A stretch of 64,000 nucleotides of DNA from Nemertoderma westbladi. Taxonomy: Eukaryota > Animalia > Xenacoelomorpha. Both the position numbers and the translations under genes were made by a program. Positions 1 through 14,122 of the stretch are shown in pieces. The DNA lies in assembly GCA_032718475.1 (NCBI GenBank), contig JAUCBJ010008126.1:120407-184406 (forward strand), read 5' to 3'. Positions within the stretch are counted from its first letter, which is position 1, and every line of letters begins with the position of its first letter. The notes below the pieces were generated by a model, which was given only the letters and a program-made list of their open reading frames with translations, had not been told where the DNA came from and did no database searches.

Positions 1-1153
1 GGCTCTGAGTCGGCGTTCGCTAACACGATGGAGGTGTCAGCGACATCTGCTGCTCGTACCGGTCTCTTGGCGGCAGACCGGAACCCCCGCAGACACATTA
101 GGGATGACCTGAGGAGAGCGAAGCTAATTCGTCGCCGCACCCACGAGATGCACTCCGGGTATGGGATCTGCCGCTTCTCTGCCAGTTTTAAAGCGAGGCG
201 CTTGATAAACTGGCGACACAGCGGCGCCATTCCTCCGAAAGCCGAGAAGATGAGAGGAGCCTATGCCTATGTAATACAGTATATATTTTATTGTGCATTA
301 CGGTATGTTTTCACACAGTACACGGTGTGTTGTACTAATAACTTAATTGTGCCGTTGTTTATGTTTTAATTTTCATGATTCTATTTTTACCTAAATAAAG
401 CCGCCGGGGCATTATACCGGATATGGAATGATCACCAGTGGCATTGCGCGTCCCGTGTACAAGACTCGCAATAATAAAGCGAATATAGCTGTATTCGGTA
501 TAAAGGATTTATTATAAATAGGACAAGAAGATGCCATCCTATCGGATAATAGTATCTTGTTTATCCTACTTTAAGTTTACAAATTCAGACGACCACCGTT
601 GCTCTATCCATCTGGACAACATTAACCTACCAGTTACACATTAGATACTGTTCTATATGTTATCTTTCAACTCAAAATATGCATGAAAATCAATTAAAAA
701 GCCTCGCGCACAGGAAAACATGTCAAATTAGAACCGCCTAGGCGTACCGAAATTTGACCCAGCAAGGGATTGAAACAAGACAAGAGTCATATATGGTAGC
801 CAGTAGCCTCATTGGAGCTCCATTCACAATCAAAGTTCCCTTATATGCATCATTGATAGAAAATAGATACAGTGAACAGCCGTTAGGTGGTGCTACACTA
901 CAGTGATGGCTTCGGTAACTCACGCTGCAGTTTTAGTAACTGGTGTAGGACGAAGGTCGCATCATCAATAATAATAACAAAATACTTATATAACGCCCTT
1001 TACGTCCGCCACCACACATAGAATGATAATTGATGTTAACGACATACTGACTAACAGGGGGTTGGTATGTATATATTAAACCACACCACACATAGACGCG
1101 CTCAGCGGCTCGTTGAGACTATTACATATTTACAGTAAGACGGTCGGTCTTGG

Positions 1154-1730
1154 GACGTTAGTGCCCGCGAGACGTTAGTGACCGCGAGACGTTAGTGCCC
1201 GCGAGACGTTAGTGCCCGCGAGACGTTAGTGCCCGCGAGACGTTAGTGACCGCGAGACGTTAGTGCCCGCGAGACGTTAGTGCCCGCTAGACGTTAGTGC
1301 CCGCGAGACGTTAGTGACCGCTAGACGTAGTGCCCGCGAGACGTTAGTGCCCGCGAGACGTTAGTGCCCGCGAGACGTTAGTGCCCGCGAGACGTTAGTG
1401 ACCGCTAGACGTTAGTGCCCGCGAGACGTTAGTGCCCGCGAGACGTTAGTGCCCGCGAGACGTTAGTGACCGCGAGACGTTAGTGCCCGCGAGACGTTAG
1501 TGCCCGCTAGACGTTAGTGCCCGCGAGACGTTAGTGACCGCTAGACGTAGTGCCCGCGAGACGTTAGTGCCCGCGAGACGTTAGTGCCCGCGAGACGTTA
1601 GTGCCCGCGAGACGTTAGTGCCCGCTAGACGTTAGTGCCCGCGAGACGTTAGTGCCCGCGAGACGTTAGTGCCCGCGAGACGTTAGTGCCTGCGAGACGT
1701 TAGTGCCCGCTAGACGTTTGTGCCCGCTAG
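1154..1730. repeat. 17-bp tandem repeat (GACGTTAGTGCCCGCGA), ~34 copies
   Basis: Directly visible unit with recurring variants (GACC for GCCC, CTAG for CGAG). Confidence 0.95.
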
Positions 1731-2287
1731 TATATGTAATACACCGGGCCAGGAAGATATTTCCCGCTTCTTTAGTTCCGGCTGAGCTGACGCAAACGAG
1801 TCGTTACTTTCTTCAAATTTGTAAATGACAAACTTCCAGTCTTTAGTTCCCGCACCTCGTTAAATTCAACCGTTTTACTTTCAACTTGAATCTTTTATGG
1901 TTAAAAAAATAATTTAATTAACCTCAGCTAGAAATGGTAGCATTTACAGTATATTATTTGGTTTTGCGGTAAACTCTTCAAGGAATGAGGATTAAGTGTT
2001 TGATTGTTTATACTCCTCAACTATCTTTGGAAATTAAAAAATACAAATCAAAAGGTTTCATTTACTACAAAACTATAAAAAAACATCTCCAAATTTTTTA
2101 ATTTAATTTAATTTCATACATACTATGATATACAAAGTACATAGTAGCACAGCCAAAACAAATAAGTAGGCATATATATATGTATAGCACAAAAGAAAAT
2201 ATATATTTGTATATAAAGATTAAACGAGATAATTAATTAATTAATTGCAATATTCAATTTAACATATTATATTGTACTTATTAATAG

Positions 2288-5200
2288 CATGGATGTTGGA
2301 CGGATCCATCATGGATGTTGGACGGATCCCTCATGGATGTTGGACGGATCCATCATGGATGTTGGACGGATCCATCATGGATGTTGGACGGATCCCACAT
2401 GGATGTTGGACGGATCCATCATGGATGTTGGACGGATCCCACATGGATGTTGGACGGATCCATCATGGATGTTGGACGGATCCATCATGGATGTTGGACG
2501 GATCCCACATGGATGTTGGACGGATCCATCATGGATGTTGGACGGATCCCACATGGATGTTGGACGGATCCATCATGGATGTTGGACGGATCCATCATGG
2601 ATGTTGGACGGATCCCTCATGGATGTTGGACGGATCCATCATGGATGTTGGACGGATCCATCATGGATGTTGGACGGATCCCACATGGATGTTGGACGGA
2701 TCCATCATGGATGTTGGACGGATCCCACATGGATGTTGGACGGATCCATCATGGATGTTGGACGGATCCATCATGGATGTTGGACGGATCCCTCATGGAT
2801 GTTGGACGGATCCATCATGGATGTTGGACGGATCCATCATGGATGTTGGACGGATCCCTCATGGATGTTGGACGGATCCATCATGGATGTTGGACGGATC
2901 CATCATGGATGTTGGACGGATCCATCATGGATGTTGGACGGATCCCACATGGATGTTGGACGGATCCATCATGGATGTTGGACGGATCCCACATGGATGT
3001 TGGACGGATCCCTCATGGATGTTGGACGGATCCATCATGGATGTTGGACGGATCCATCATGGATGTTGGACGGATCCCACATGGATGTTGGACGGATCCA
3101 TCATGGATGTTGGACGGATCCATCATGGATGTTGGACGGATCCCACATGGATGTTGGACGGATCCATCATGGATGTTGGACGGATCCATCATGGATGTTG
3201 GACGGATCCATCATGGATGTTGGACGGATCCCACATGGATGTTGGACGGATCCATCATGGATGTTGGACGGATCCATCATGGATGTTGGACGGATCCCTC
3301 ATGGATGTTGGACGGATCCATCATGGATGTTGGACGGATCCCTCATGGATGTTGGACGGATCCATCATGGATGTTGGACGGATCCATCATGGATGTTGGA
3401 CGGATCCCTCATGGATGTTGGACGGATCCATCATGGATGTTGGACGGATCCATCATGGATGTTGGACGGATCCCACATGGATGTTGGACGGATCCATCAT
3501 GGATGTTGGACGGATCCCACATGGATGTTGGACGGATCCATCATGGATGTTGGACGGATCCATCATGGATGTTGGACGGATCCCTCATGGATGTTGGACG
3601 GATCCATCATGGATGTTGGACGGATCCATCATGGATGTTGGACGGATCCATCATGGATGTTGGACGGATCCCTCATGGATGTTGGACGGATCCATCATGG
3701 ATGTTGGACGGATCCATCATGGATGTTGGATGGATCCATCATGGATGTTGGACGTATCCCACATGGATGTTGGACGGATCCATCATGGATGTTGAACGGA
3801 TCCATCATAGATGTTGGACGGATCAATCATGGATTTTGGACGGATCCCTCACGGATGTAGGACGGATCCATCATGGATGTTGGACGGATCCATCATGGAT
3901 GTATGACGGATCCATCATGGAAGTTGGACGGATCCATCAGGGATGTTGGACGGATCCATCATGGATGTTGGACGGATCCATCATGGATGTTGGACGGATC
4001 CCTCATGGATGTAGGACGGATCCATGGATGTTGGACGGATCCATCATGGATGTTGGACGGATCCATCATGGATGTTGGACGGATCCATCATGGATGTTGG
4101 ACGGATCCATCATGGATGTTGGACGGATCCATCATGGATGTTGGACGGATCCATCATGGATGTTGGACGGATCCATCACGGATGTTGGACGGATCCCACA
4201 TGGATGTTGGACGGATCCATCATGGATGTTGGACGGATCCATCATAGATTTTGGACGGATCAATCATGGATTTTGGACGGATCCCTCACGGATGTAGGAC
4301 GGATCCATCATGGATGTTGGACGGATCCATCATGGATGTTTGACGGATCCATCATGGATGTTGGACGGATCCATCAGGGATGTTGGACGGATCCATCATG
4401 GATGTTGGACGGATCCATCATGGATGTTGGACGGATCCCTCATGGATGTAGGACGGATCCATGGATGTTGGACGGATCCATCATGGATGTTGGACGGATC
4501 CATCATGGATGTTGGACGGATCCATCTTGGATGTTGGAAGGATCCATCATGGATGTTGGACGGATCCATCAGGGATGTTGGACGGATCCATCAGGGATGT
4601 TGGACGGATCCATCATGGATGTTGGACGGATCCATCATGGATGTTGGACGGATCCATCATGTATGTTGGACGGATCCATCATGGATGTTGGACGGATCCA
4701 TCATGGATGTTGGAAGGATCCATCATGGATGTTGGACGGATCTATCATGGATGTTGGACGGATCCATCATGGATGTTGGACGGAACCATCATGTATGTTG
4801 GACGGATCCATCATGGATGTTGGACGGATCCATCAGGGGGATGTTGGACGGATCCATCATGGATGTTGGACGGATCCATCATGGATGTTGGACGGATCCA
4901 TCATGGATGTTGGACGGATCCATCATGGATGTTGGAAGGATCCATCATGGATGTTGGACGGATCCATCATGGGGATGTTGGACGGACCCATCATGGTCCA
5001 TCATGGATGTTGGACGGATCCATCATGGATGTTGGACGGATCCATCATGGATGTTGGACGGATCCATCATGGAGGTTGGACGGATCCATCATGGAGGTTG
5101 GACGGATCCATCATGGATGTTGGACGGATCCATCATGGATGTTGGACGGATCCATCATGGATGTTGGACGGATCCATCATGGATGTTGGACGGATCCATC

Positions 5201-5850
5201 AGGGGATGTTGGACGGATCCATCATGGATGTTGGACGGATCCATCATGGATGTTGGACGGATCCATCATGGGGATGTTGGACGGATTCATCATGGGGATG
5301 TTGGACGAATCCATCATGGATGTTGGACGGATCCATCATGGATGTTGGACGGATCCACCATGGATGTTGGACGGATCCATCATGGATGTTGGACGGATCC
5401 GTCATGGATGTTGGACGGATCCATCATGGATGTTGGACGGATCCATCATGGATGTTGGACGGATCCATCATGGAGGTTGGACGGATCCATCATGGATGTT
5501 GGACGGATCCATCATGGAGGTTGGACGGATCCATCATGGAGGTAGGACGGATCCAACATGGATGTTGGACGGATCCATCATGGATGTTGGACGGATCCAC
5601 CATGGATGTTGGACGGATCCATCATGGATGTTGGACGGATCCGTCATGGATGTTGGACGGATCCATCATGGATGTTGGACGGATCCATCATGGATGTTGG
5701 ACGGATCCATCATGGAGGTTGGACGGATCCATCATGGATGTTGGACGGATCCATCATGGAGGTTGGACGGATCCATCATGGAGGTAGGACGGATCCAACA
5801 TGGATGTTGGACGGATCCATCATGGATGTTGGACGGATCCATCATGGATG
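2288..5850. repeat. 22-bp minisatellite (CATGGATGTTGGACGGATCCAT), ~160 copies
   Basis: Directly visible. The unit has no stop in any + frame, which explains the overlapping repetitive ORFs. Copies are more diverged toward the 3' end. Confidence 0.97.
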
Positions 5851-6200
5851 ACCATATTACTCACGCGTGTTTGTTTGTTTGTTTGTTTGTTTGTTTGAAA
5901 AACAAAACTTCTTGCACTTTATGTTGATGAAATTGGATGAAACTTTGATGACAGGTTCATTATCGGACCTAGTTGTGTGTGTATGCAAAGTTTTTGATGC
6001 TAGGGCCCTGTTGGTTGCCTAGCAACAGTGAAATTAATTCTGGAATGACCGATCATAATCGTAGAATTCACTCAATCAAAATTCTGTCGACACCCCAAAC
6101 CCATAGGGAGCATCTATTGGTCATGCTTTCTGCAAATTTTCGCTTTATTTCGTTTAAAATTGTAGAAGATACATTTCTAACCTGAATTGCCCCTGAAACA
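5851..6200 (+). mobile_element. Possible Helentron-associated non-autonomous element (HINE/DINE-like) adjoining the 22-bp array
   Basis: (GTTT)n microsatellite followed by GATGAAATT/GATGAAACTT-type motifs directly after the array. Resemblance only; ends not defined. Confidence 0.3.
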
Positions 6201-6711
6201 ACATAAAGCATAATATATTCGTAGCCTATTCAGTTAACGATTCCTATGAAGATTGGCGCCGTGAAGCAATAAAATACAAAGAAATCATAAAACCATCAGA
6301 ACAGCAATCGTCCCAAGAGACAATCGCTGACTGGTATAGCTACATTATCCTATAGGGGCTGTTGCGCTGTCAGTCAGAAAGGTAACAGCCCACGGGGCAA
6401 GGATTTACACCTGGGGCGTTAACTGTCAGATAGTCTGATACCAACTGTCAGACAGTCTTTTTCAACTGTCAGACAGATGATCACCCAGTTACAAGTTGCC
6501 CTCAGTTGTATTTTTTAAACCCCGAGTGTTGTTGACGGAGTCTGTTGTTACTTCCGAAATCGTTGATCGTGGTTCTGGTGCCGGAATTCTGGCTTTGATT
6601 ATAAACACTGACTGGCTGAACGATGGCGGAATCTACGAATTCCTAATCCGAGAAGGCGACGGAGTCTAGGTTATTAAACTTAAACAATGAAACGATCGCG
6701 ATGGACAACTG

Positions 6712-7504
6712 GGTACTAGTGTGTTTTGTGCACACTCCCCCTCAAATTTTTTATACTAGCTAGTTTTGTTACTTTTATTTAAAACACGTTCTAGAACATA
6801 TTGTCTATTCATTTAATATAAAAATGATTTGTTCTAGAACAAAAAAAAAGAAAAAAACAAGCTAATTTGTTTATATTTTTCATTTTTTATTGTATGTTAT
6901 CTTTGTATAAATTTTTTAAACAAGCTAGTTTTTGTTTCTTTTAAAAAAAATGTTCTAGAGCATATTATCTATTCATTTAAATATAAAAATTTTGTTCTGG
7001 AATAAATATTATTTGTTCTAGAACAAAAAAACTAGCTAATTTGTAAATTTTGTAAATTTTTTATTCTGTGTTATCTTTGTATTATCAAATATTTAATAAA
7101 AATCACTAGCTACAATGAAAATTTATAGTTGTTAGTAATTGTTTTTAACACTTACTAATCAAATAAAAAACACTACAAAATAACATTTTTATAATGTTCT
7201 AGAACAAAAAATATTTGTTCTAGAAGATTACTTTTTACAAAAATGAATAGACGAAATGTTCTAGAACATATAGAATATATAGAACATATAAAATAAAATA
7301 AAAAACTAGCCTTGAGAACTTCAAAAATACCTAGTTAATTAATTTTGTTCTAGAACAACAATTATTTGTTCTAGAACAAAATTAATAAAAAATGAATAGA
7401 CAATATTTTCTAGAACATTTAAAAAAAAGTAACATAAACTAGCTAGTATAAAAAATTTGAGGGGGGGGGGGGGGGGGGGGCTGTGCACAAAACACACTAG
7501 TCCC
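6712..7504. mobile_element. Non-autonomous foldback DNA transposon (MITE) with 8-bp TSD; GG termini suggest Merlin-like
   Basis: Ends GGTACTAGTGTGTTTTGTGCACA and TGTGCACAAAACACACTAGTCCC. Long imperfect inverted arms with many TTCTAGAA motifs. GACAACTG duplicated at 6704-6711 and 7505-7512. Confidence 0.8.
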
Positions 7505-7904
7505 GACAACTGAGTCTATTCAATCCAGAACGATACGATGGCGACGAACGGAGTCTATTACAGTATTAAACACGGAACCAGAACGATCAGATGATGGTGA
7601 GGTATACCGAGGTAATCTACAAAACACAGAACGACAGGAAGGCGACGGAGTTTATTAAACCCAGTACGATATGGTGCATAGCGATCGGCCAACGCGACAA
7701 CGGTGTCTATTAAACCTAGAACCGAAGACGGTGGAGTTATAAACCTGGAACAATGCGAACAAGGCTACTGTAAACTTAGACTACAGGGTGGTGGACTGGT
7801 TTGTGAGATTAACCTGAACCTGTCAATACTAACTCAATACAATTCGCTTTCTTCGAATTCCATATTGAATTCAATATATTTTTAGACTACCAATTAAAGT
7901 CATT

Positions 7905-8432
7905 CCAAAATAGATGAAAATGTCACCAAAAAAAATTATTTTATACCAAATTAAATAATGTGACCCCAAAAAAAATTATTCAACACCAAATAAAATAAAG
8001 TCACCCCAAATAAAATTATTCAAGCACCAAAATAAATTTTTCAAAACAAAAAAAAATATTCAACACCAAAACCAATTATTCAATACCAAAATAAATAAAT
8101 GCTCCCCAAAATCAATTATTAACACCAAAATAAATGACAAAACCCCCAAAATAATTACAAATCTTTCCAAAACAAATACATTTTCCCCCAAAACAAATAC
8201 ATTTTAGCCCAAAATAAATACATTTTCCCCCAAAACAAATACATTTCCCCCCAAAACAAATACATTTTAGCCCCGAATAAATAAATACCTTTTCCTCCAA
8301 AACAAATACATTTTAGCCCAAAATAAATACATTTTCCCACAAAACAAATACATTTTCGCCCAAAATAAATACATTTTCCCCCAAAACAAAACATTTTTGC
8401 CCAAAATAAATACATAATCCCCCAAAATAAAT
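7905..8432. repeat. Degenerate ~22-bp tandem repeat (CCCCAAAACAAATACATTTT-like)
   Basis: Visible periodicity; accounts for the KCICFGG-type ORFs on the - strand. Confidence 0.85.
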
Positions 8433-8785
8433 ACTATACTACTGCAGCAATAGGCCTTGCACTTCCTGGAAGTTAGACAAAAACTTCAGTACTGCCGTAA
8501 TACTAAAACCTAATAACAGAAAAGGTAATAGGCCATAGGCAATAATAGATAGGCAATAGGCCTATAGGTACGAATACTGAAACTGTAGTAGGCCTAATAC
8601 TGTAGGTACATCGCTACGAAACCTAATAACAGAATACGTTGTTCCGAAGGCAATAGTCCTATGGGTACGAATACTGTAACTGAAGACTGAAGCATGCGCC
8701 CATGTGAAGAATACCAGGATGTAATATAAAATATTTGGTGCTGGAATAAGCCTATCCCCCTCGCAAGGAGGTTTCCAGACGATGA

Positions 8786-11320
8786 GTGCCGAATGGAGAG
8801 TTCAACCCCGCCAGAACACATGGATCGGAGGATCGTCTACAATCATTTGCATGTACCGAGGAAATGCCGATACGTCGCCCCCCGATCTCAAGAACTGTGG
8901 AGTCGGTTCTAACGGATCTCCACAGAGCGATAGATAATGTGATGAAAAAGGAGGGGAGGAATCCAGCCCCGGCGAATGGGGGTCTATCGACGGATCACCT
9001 CAAACTGGTCGGAAACCTGAAACGGGACAAGAGTTTATCGGTAGTACGGGGCGATAAGACAGGAAATGTAATACTAGCGGATCAACGTATAGTGGAGGAG
9101 GAGTTGAACAAGAATGTCAGCAACACTGAAATGTACGAGAAATTAAACTTTAACCCCACAGCGATGTTCAGAGTGGACTTGATCAGGGCTGTTAAAGATA
9201 TAGGTTTAGAAGATGAAGTTTTAAACTCCTACCTCATACCGAAAATTCCTTCCATGGGTTACGTATTCCCCTTATTAAAAGACCACAAAGAAGTGGGTGA
9301 ATGGATAGATTGGCCGGGAGGGAAGAAATTCCCAAAAGCGAGACTGATTGTCTCAACTACCGGTACCCTATTGGAACGACCGGGGAAGTTGTTGAACACT
9401 TTACTCGAACCGATGTTACATCTAATGCCCATTACGTGAAAGACTCGAAGGCAGCAAGGGACTCGTTGCCGAGCGAGAAGTTGGACAGCGTAACGTTCCT
9501 CGCGTTGGCGTTGTAGACATGTATCCATCGATTGACCACGACATAGCCTTGTTTGCAATAGAGGAGGCAATTAAGGAAAACGATGCAATCCTGGAAGAAT
9601 CTTCCTTTACTATTGAACAGATTATGATCTTACTTAAGTTCGTACTTACCCATACATATTTTTCATTTAACCATGCTTTTTATAAGTTAATCAAAGGATT
9701 ATTTATGGGGGGCCCTGCTGGCAAAGCAGTGGCGGTATTGGTCGTAGACCGTATACACAAACATGTGGGTTTAGTTGAAAGGTTTGCTGCCATGTTTTTT
9801 AACTCTTTTGTAGACGATGGGGAAGGTATTTTCCCGTATGTTCTGAATGAAACCGTGAAGGCAGATATAGTATCTAGGTACGACAAAGCGTGCGAGGAAG
9901 TTTTTGGTAAACCCGGGATAAAATTCACACTGGAGTTCTCGAACAGTAGCTCAATATTTCTAGATTTAGAATTAACCCTGGGCCCGAATGGAAACGTTTG
10001 TAGTACGGTTTATTTCAAACCACTGTCCAAAAAATTACCTATTCCAACCACCAGTGCCCATAACCCAAAAGTCCTACAAGGTGTGGTGTACGGCCAATGT
10101 GTACGGTTTGCACAGATAGCATCCTCAGGTCCTGAATATGCGCGCGCAAGAGATAGGTACCTAACTGATAGTTGGATATCGGGTTATGACGAGAAGTTTT
10201 TAGAGGAAGCAAGGAGGTGGGACATAACCAAATTGAGAGAGGGGAAGCCCGTCCCGAAAGTCGGGGGCGAGCCTCATGATAAGGTATTTTTTGGTATGGA
10301 TGAGAGTTTCGCAAGTGTGACGGGATCCACCGAGGATCCCGGTTTATCCGATTTCTTAACTACGTGTCCCCGCCGTGTGCATGAAAAGAGTCCTGGTGTT
10401 ATTAACTCTGGTTATTGTTGGTATCGTATGTATAATGTATAGAGTATAAGCACAGTTTATGGATTGCAGGATTGGATGAGTACCGGTAACGTACAAATGT
10501 GATATAATGGCAGTGGACGGAGATGGTGATAAGAGTCTCGGTACCACCCTAACTAACTGACTAAAGAGTGAATGAATGATACACTGACATGGTAATATAT
10601 TGCACTGGTTGGCCGCATTACACTACTCAGCCGATGCCTTCCCCCCATTGGCTAATAACTCACTTGTCACCCTCCCATTTCCCTGGGTGTGTTTCCCCCC
10701 CGCTGCTGTCTCTCTCTCCCTCCTGGAGGTATAACCTCTGACCCCCACTGTGTGTGTTCCCTTGGGGCCTATTGTCCCCGCTTATTGGGGTGACACGAGA
10801 TTGATTGGTAACCAACCTCGTGCTCCCAATATTGCTTAAAACCAACTCTGTGTGGGCCTGGTTAGCGGAATTGAATATGCTAACAGCAAGGATCTTGAAC
10901 CCTGTTGTGAAACGGTACAGGAAGGATTTAAGAAGTTTGGGAATAGACGTTTTCGCCACCTCGTCAGTGGGGCGAAATTTGGGGCAAAGGTTATTAGAGA
11001 AGAGGCCGAGGGAGTTGGGCAGCGGCAACGTTGGATGCGGGAACACTAGGTGTAAGACTTGTGAGTTGATGAGAGATTCAAACTGTACACCCTGGGGCAA
11101 CAAGATCGAGGGGAAGTACACTTGCTTATCACATAATGTCTTGTATCTTTTAACCTGCGCCGACCACGCAGCAGGCTACTACTACCTTGGGCAGACAGAG
11201 CAGACCATTCGGGATCGTATGACAAAACATAGGTCGGCTATTCGATCATTCGTTTCGGAGATCAGACCAGACCCGGAAGACACCAGAGAATACATCCTGT
11301 TAAGATCTGATGACATTTAG
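8786..11320 (+). mobile_element. Penelope-like retrotransposon (RT + GIY-YIG endonuclease), frameshifted and interrupted
   Basis: RT motifs GDKTGNVI, PLLKDHK, ARLIVS, MYPSI, GLFMG, FVDDG, FLDL, VYFKP. Cys linker CGNTRCKTC. GIY-YIG NVLYLLTC...YYYLGQT...RMTKHR. Frameshift near 9420-9520. Confidence 0.9.
10316..10885. mobile_element. Solo LTR (570 bp) inserted in the Penelope ORF
   Basis: TGT...ACA termini; 5-bp TSD GCAAG at 10311-10315 and 10886-10890. Removal gives in-frame ESFA-RILNPVVKRY. Confidence 0.8.
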
Positions 11321-13954
11321 CTAGATAAATGCACCCAACCCCCCCCCCCCCCCCCCCCCACACCCGCATAAGTACTGTAGTTAGCAAACTGCCACAAATT
11401 TGTTGTTGAATGCTGAATTTGTGATCTAGACCATACTCTATTATTCTGATTTATGTAAATTTTCAGTGCCTACCCCAATTTTTGCGATCTATCTATTAGT
11501 AGATCACTAATCGTAGGTATAATTTTATTACGAATATATTCCTAAAATGATACAAACACAATCATACAGTAGGTTTCAATGTGCCATACATTAATTTGGT
11601 GCAATTTGATTCAATGTACTATTCTGCTTTACCGTCACACGATACGCGTAGTACTAGTTTTTTTCAATTCCTTAATAATAGCAAATGCTTGCATACATAC
11701 AGTAGTTTTCAAGTGGCCATACAAATATTTGTTGCGGAAATATGATCCATCACATTAATTAGTTATGTATTACTGTAATCAATTTAATATTAAATGCGTC
11801 TTTTACTATTTTTATAAAACTTACCCGGCTTTACAATCGTATAGACAACTCTCACCTATCATGACGGGGTCAATTGCTATTTCCCGTAGTTTATTTTATT
11901 TAATTTCCTTGAATAATATTAATTGCGATTACATAGCAGTTTTTGTTCAAGGTGCCATGCATTTATTTAGTGCTGAAATTTGATCCACTTATTAAGTCCC
12001 CATAAGGTGTCATACATTTATTTAATCGATTTATGTTAAAAAAATTTATATGAATTTTCTATACCAGCGAGTTTTTACGATCTATCCATGTTTTTACAAT
12101 TCTGTAAATAATACTAATTGCAATCATACAGTAATTTTATACAGTAGGTACTTTGTATTTATTCGGTGCTGTAATTTGATCCACCACATTTTATTTATTT
12201 TGCCATTTATACTGTATTTTTCAAGGTTTTTCGTAATTAATTAGTATTTTCATAGTCAGTAGTCAGTATCTACCGTGCAGTCAGTACTGCAGTGCTGCAG
12301 TAGTGTCGGTGCATATATGGGTACTGAGTACCGTACCTACCCATGTGCGGGCCTTTGTGTCTGATACTACTGCTGTACTGTACTATTAGCCTATGTTCGT
12401 ATGTCTTAACCCTTAAACTGTAATTTGCTTTACAATGGGATTGGGACACGGACACCATGAGAGAGATCGAAATTGGCATTAACCAACACGCCTACAGAGT
12501 CCGCAGACAACACGAGATACAAGAAGAGCATCGGGCTTCATCGAGACCTCACACCGCGAACCCAGAATCAACATCAATACACCCACACACCCCCCATCCC
12601 AGATCAAAATCCGGTGATCCCACCAACCGGTGATTCCACAAACGCACTTCCACCAACAGCCCCAACAGTTGACCCACGATCGAGGGATCCACTGGCCGAT
12701 CCGCAACCACCTGCCCCCTTACAGTGTGGTGAGCCCTCCAGCAGTCAACCTACCGTTAGTTAAACACACGATGACCTTAATGCCACACCCCCAAGCTGCC
12801 CATCAGTTGACAGAGGGAAAAAAGGTCCAAGAAAGGCGGCACAATAAGGTCTGCTGTGAACAGTGTTAAGAAACGGCTCCCTAATAATTCCAAACTTATG
12901 GAAAAGTATCACATATACCCACAAAAACTTAGCGAACTTGAGCATGTGACAGCACTAGATTTCCAAACACATGTGAGACTGGCAATAAGAAATAGCATGA
13001 AAGCAAGTGGAAGGGTGGCAGAAGATTGCTTTCATATATCGTGTTTCATCATCAACTACTCAATGTGCAGTGAATGGTAAAATACCATATACAGGAAAGC
13101 CCATCTGTGTCCTACTTGGCATTGGACACAGAAAAGTCAGTCCTACTTCAATAGAGATCACTAGGGTCATTCCAACTTGTAAAACTTCAACACCATGGAG
13201 AGTGTTGATGTTAACAATGCGAGAGGCTTACAATGACTTACTAAATCCAGGTGACGTTAAACACAGCATGTTCCTCATTGTACCCATGTTTCAACACCAA
13301 CACTACTGCAGTACAGCAATACTGATACCATACTTCCTAAATATTAGCTCTTAGCTAGTTTGATAAGAGAAATAGTAAGTCTTCTGGCCTTGCAGCCTTG
13401 TGTTCAGATTTGTAAAAAGTTCGCTATAATTTTATCGAATTAAAAGTGCAAGGTTTGACTGTCCGAGTCCAAGGTAAATATATTATTATAATTATAATAT
13501 TATTAGACACAGTGCAAAATCTTCATTGCAACATTGCTGGCGTGGGGTCGGTATAGCACTGTAGCAGAACCATACCCGGCCTACCCTGTCCCCCTGTCCA
13601 GTAATGTTGTAGGTGTGGTTTGTTAAGGGGGGGGGGGGGGGGGGGGGTGGTGTTTATACTGGATATGGCATTAAACAATTTTTCAAATTTTTTTCTATTT
13701 CATCTAGAGCAGATTTTTATCAAGATTCCAAATTCGAAAACCGTTTAGCAAGATCTGTCTTACTTCTAGAGATATAGCTGTCTGTCCATTTCACTGTCAG
13801 AGTCTGTCCGTCAGTTCCTTGACATTGTAGAAATGTTTAAAATAATACATGTATTGGAGTTGAGCTGTTAATGCACCTGTAATTAAAAATGTAATATTAT
13901 GGTTTTGTTCAGAAATGGAAAAAATGAGAAAGCGCGTCACCTGGGGTTGAACCA

Positions 13955-13999
13955 GCGCTATACGTACGTTTCAGCCTATCAGGCCTCATCAGTAGCGCT
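13955..13999 (-). ncRNA. Minimal type I hammerhead ribozyme within a tRNA-like A-box/B-box cassette
   Basis: Minus strand reads AGCGCUA CUGAUGA GGCCU-GAU-AGGCU GAAA C-GUAC-GUA UAGCGC: complete core, stem I, stem II and a palindromic short stem III. Confidence 0.85.
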
Positions 14000-14080
14000 A
14001 ACCAGTTCAGCCACTCACTATCCCACCTAATCCACTTCGATTGAACAGGCAGTCTTAAGTTGCATATCCTTTCTGGTTAA

Positions 14081-14122
14081 CGCTACTGATGAGGCCTGTT
14101 AGGCTGAAACGTACGTATAGCG
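14081..14122 (+). ncRNA. Minimal type I hammerhead ribozyme
   Basis: CGCUA CUGAUGA GGCCU-GUU-AGGCU GAAA C-GUAC-GUA UAGCG; predicted cleavage after 14117. Confidence 0.85.

Noticed and set aside
28-369. 113-aa ORF at the window start
   Set aside because: GC-rich part may be the end of a retroelement, but no motif could be assigned.
2272-5927. Long repetitive ORFs (MDVGRIHHGCWTDPSW...)
   Set aside because: By-product of a stop-free 22-bp unit; the same peptide cycles through all three frames.
8112-8415. Cys/Gly-rich repeat ORFs on the - strand
   Set aside because: Translations of a degenerate 22-bp repeat.
11307-11335. CTGATGA at the Penelope 3' end as a hammerhead
   Set aside because: A hairpin follows but there is no GAAA or stem III/I. 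The same applies to CTGATGA near 23157.
12473-13354. Cluster of short + strand ORFs
   Set aside because: No recognisable domain or consistent splice structure; probably decayed TE sequence.
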